Assembly: GCA_041577295.1 (NCBI GenBank)
Contig: JBFGJG010000048.1
Span: 1 to 30,743 of the forward strand
Reading direction: 5' to 3'
DNA: 30,743 bases
From: Gemmatimonadales bacterium
Lineage (GTDB): Bacteria; Gemmatimonadota; Gemmatimonadetes; Gemmatimonadales; GWC2-71-9
How positions within the stretch are numbered: the stretch's first letter is position 1; the number at the start of each line of letters is the position of its first letter. The notes below the pieces were generated by a model. That model was given only the letters and a program-made list of their open reading frames with translations, made no database searches and was not told the origin of the DNA. Both the position numbers and the translations under genes were made by a program. This document shows, in pieces, positions 28,588 through 30,743 of this stretch.

Positions 28588-30051
28588 ATGACGGTGCTCC
28601 TCGTACTGACCGGAGCGCCCCCAAGCCTAGCACAGAACGGGGGCGGCAGTCGTATAGACCGGCTGCTCAGCCAATCCTCGTTCAATCGGGCGACGTGGGG
28701 GATCTACGTAGAGGATCGGTCCGGCCGACCGATCTACACTCGGAACGCCGACCGGCTCTTCGTGCCCGCTTCCAACAGGAAGCTAGCCCTCGCGGCCGCG
28801 GCGTTGGCCCTCCTCCCACCGGACCACCGCATCATCACCAGTGTGTACGCCTCTGGTCCCATACGCGACGGCGTGGTACTGGGCGATCTGGTGATCTATG
28901 GCCGGGGAGACCCCACGTTCTCGGAACGGTGTTACGGCCTCGATACGGTGTCCACGGGGGCCTGCGAGACGTTGTGGTCACGGATCGGCGCTCTCGCCGA
29001 CAGCATCGCGCACCGTGGTGTGACCCACATCGCCGGTAATCTCGTGGGTGACGGGAGTTTTTTCGACCCGGTTCTCGTGCACGACGCGTGGGATGCCTAT
29101 GACCTGAACTGGTGGTATGCAGCCCCGGTCTCCGCCCTAGGATTCAACGACAATAGTGTGAACGTGACCTGGGGCCCGGGGACCGGCGTGGGGGTACCGC
29201 CTCCCGTCGAGTTCGAGCCGGTGCTCGACAACTTTGAATTCGAGAATCGCGCCAGAACCGTTGCGCGTGGTCAAAGACGGACGATCGACTTCTTCCGGCA
29301 CCCCGGCACGATGAAGATTTGGGCAGAGGGCAGCGTCCCGCTGGGACATCCGGGGAAGACGGAATACTTCGCCTTACCGGACCCCAACCTTTATTTCGCC
29401 CAAGCGCTGCGGGCCGCGCTAGAACGCAGGGGCATCCGTGTGAGCGGCCAGACCGAATCGACAACCGACAGTCTGCGCTACCGGTCGGCTCGTGCAATGC
29501 CGCCACTCGTCGAGTTCGCATCTCGACCTCTCCCCGACCGCGTCTTCCCCATTCTCAATTCGAGCCAGAACCTCTTCGCGGAGATGCTGGTCAAGCTCCT
29601 CGGCAAAGCGATCCGTGGTGACGGATCGTGGGAGGCAGGACTCGCCGTGGAACGCCATTTCCTGATCGATTCCGTCGGGCTCGACCCCAGCGACTTCAGG
29701 CTGAGCGACGGATCGGGACTGTCCAGCGACAACGGGTTCACGCCGCGGGCGTTGGCTGAGATCGTTCGCTTCATGCTTCAGCATTCGCAACGCGAGACGT
29801 TTGTTGAGGCGCTGCCGAGGTCGGGTCTCCCCGGCTCGTTGCGAGATCGCTTCGTCGGCACATCACTCGAAGGAAGAGTGGTGGCAAAAACCGGGAGCAT
29901 CAACGGGGTGACGTCGCTCACCGGCTACATCGAGCAGCCGGATGGCAATCACCTGATCTTCGCGATCATCGCAAACGGTCACCGAGTCTCGTACCGAAGG
30001 GCACTTGGTCAGATTGACGCTATCGTGCGAGAACTCGATCGCGGCGTATAA
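28588..30051 (+). CDS. dacB: D-alanyl-D-alanine carboxypeptidase/endopeptidase (PBP4, peptidase S13)
   Basis: PASNRK (SxxK), GRGDPT, SQN (SxN), DGSGLS, KTG. Start ATG 28588 inferred; ATG 28513 possible. Confidence 0.93.
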   Translation: MTVLLVLTGAPPSLAQNGGGSRIDRLLSQSSFNRATWGIYVEDRSGRPIYTRNADRLFVPASNRKLALAAAALALLPPDHRIITSVYASGPIRDGVVLGDLVIYGRGDPTFSERCYGLDTVSTGACETLWSRIGALADSIAHRGVTHIAGNLVGDGSFFDPVLVHDAWDAYDLNWWYAAPVSALGFNDNSVNVTWGPGTGVGVPPPVEFEPVLDNFEFENRARTVARGQRRTIDFFRHPGTMKIWAEGSVPLGHPGKTEYFALPDPNLYFAQALRAALERRGIRVSGQTESTTDSLRYRSARAMPPLVEFASRPLPDRVFPILNSSQNLFAEMLVKLLGKAIRGDGSWEAGLAVERHFLIDSVGLDPSDFRLSDGSGLSSDNGFTPRALAEIVRFMLQHSQRETFVEALPRSGLPGSLRDRFVGTSLEGRVVAKTGSINGVTSLTGYIEQPDGNHLIFAIIANGHRVSYRRALGQIDAIVRELDRGV

Positions 30052-30097
30052 TTCGCAACCTTCGTCGGCCTTGCATTTGTCCGTGCTCGAACAGGCG

Positions 30098-30121
30098 GCG
30101 CCCGCCCGGGCGCGGTTTTTT
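30098..30121 (+). terminator. Putative intrinsic terminator after dacB
   Basis: GCGCCC-GCCC-GGGCGC stem-loop followed by GG and T6. Confidence 0.5.
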
Positions 30122-30153
30122 GTTGGGCCTCATTATCGGAGGATCGAGACCGC

Positions 30154-30743
30154 ATGAACGCACGAGTACGGAGTTGGATCTGGTTGGCCACCAGGGGGCT
30201 GTTTGTTACTCCCTGCGGTGTAGCCGCACAGCAGGCTTCCGGCGGCGACGCGCGCCAGGCGGTCGAACGCCTCCTGGCGCAAGCGGTCGAGCGGCGGTTC
30301 GCGGGGCAGGTACTCGTCGTCCAAGACGGTGAGACCATCCTGCATGAGGGGTACGGGCTGGCCGATCCTGACAGCGACATTACCGTCGGTACCCAAACCG
30401 TGTTCGCGATCGGGTCGGTGACGAAGCAGTTCACGCGGGCCGCCATCCTCAAGCTCGAAGAGGACGGATTCCTCTCGACGGACGATCCCATCGCCCGTTT
30501 CATGGAAGGCCTACCGCGCGACAAGCGCGAGATCACGATCGAGCAGCTGATGACGATGCGCGCGGGGTTCCACGAGTATCACGATGACACCGGCGATCAC
30601 CAGCCGATGACGCGCGACGAGGCTGTAGAGCGGATCAAGAGCCAGAAGCTGTTGTTCGAGCCCGGGACTCAGCGTGCGTACTCGAACTCGGGCTTCACGT
30701 TGCTCGCCGTGATCGTTGAAAAGGCGGCCGGCACCGCGTTCAC
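30154..30743 (+). CDS. Serine hydrolase, beta-lactamase/AmpC-like family (3'-truncated by window)
   Basis: Manual translation: GGAGGA RBS, signal-like N-terminus, FAIGSVTKQFT (SxxK), ITIEQLMTMRAG, YSNSG (YxN). Not in the ORF track. Confidence 0.88.
   Translation, partial: MNARVRSWIWLATRGLFVTPCGVAAQQASGGDARQAVERLLAQAVERRFAGQVLVVQDGETILHEGYGLADPDSDITVGTQTVFAIGSVTKQFTRAAILKLEEDGFLSTDDPIARFMEGLPRDKREITIEQLMTMRAGFHEYHDDTGDHQPMTRDEAVERIKSQKLLFEPGTQRAYSNSGFTLLAVIVEKAAGTAF

Noticed and set aside
28318..28685. Apparent 368-nt head-to-head overlap of tamA and dacB
   Set aside because: An artefact of longest-ORF starts; signal-peptide-like starts at 28514/28460 (-) and 28588 (+) remove the overlap.
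30154..30743. Beta-lactam resistance gene
   Set aside because: SxxK and YxN motifs are shared by the broad serine hydrolase family; the gene is partial and has no mobile context.

Overview
GC-rich, gene-dense bacterial chromosomal segment. The gene repertoire (tandem Hanks kinases with TolB-like/TPR tails, BTAD-AAA regulator, TamAB) suggests Gemmatimonadota, which is inference only. Positions 1-10860 (+) are one tightly coupled housekeeping run: queA(3' end)-tgt-yajC-def-fmt-thiE-like-thiS-thiG-rsmB-PASTA protein-rpe-TlpA-YbbR/CdaR-like-tsaD-lgt. Positions 10857-28514 (-) hold, in transcription order, tamA-tamB-DAG kinase-small 8-Cys zinc protein-HAD hydrolase-tail-anchored unknown-acpS, a cytochrome c/FTR1 iron permease with a sigma70 promoter and Fur-like box, a BTAD-AAA regulator and two paralogous Ser/Thr kinases. 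Positions 28588-30743 (+) hold dacB and a partial serine hydrolase. No RNA genes, mobile elements or CRISPR arrays were seen. The most notable points are a FYVE-like double zinc-finger microprotein inside a lipid/envelope gene cluster, a probable CTG start for rsmB, a Tgt with a hybrid substrate pocket, a kinase-less PASTA sensor near a sensor-less kinase, and a Fur-like box over the FTR1 start codon. The sequence alone does not establish a new system; these are candidates.
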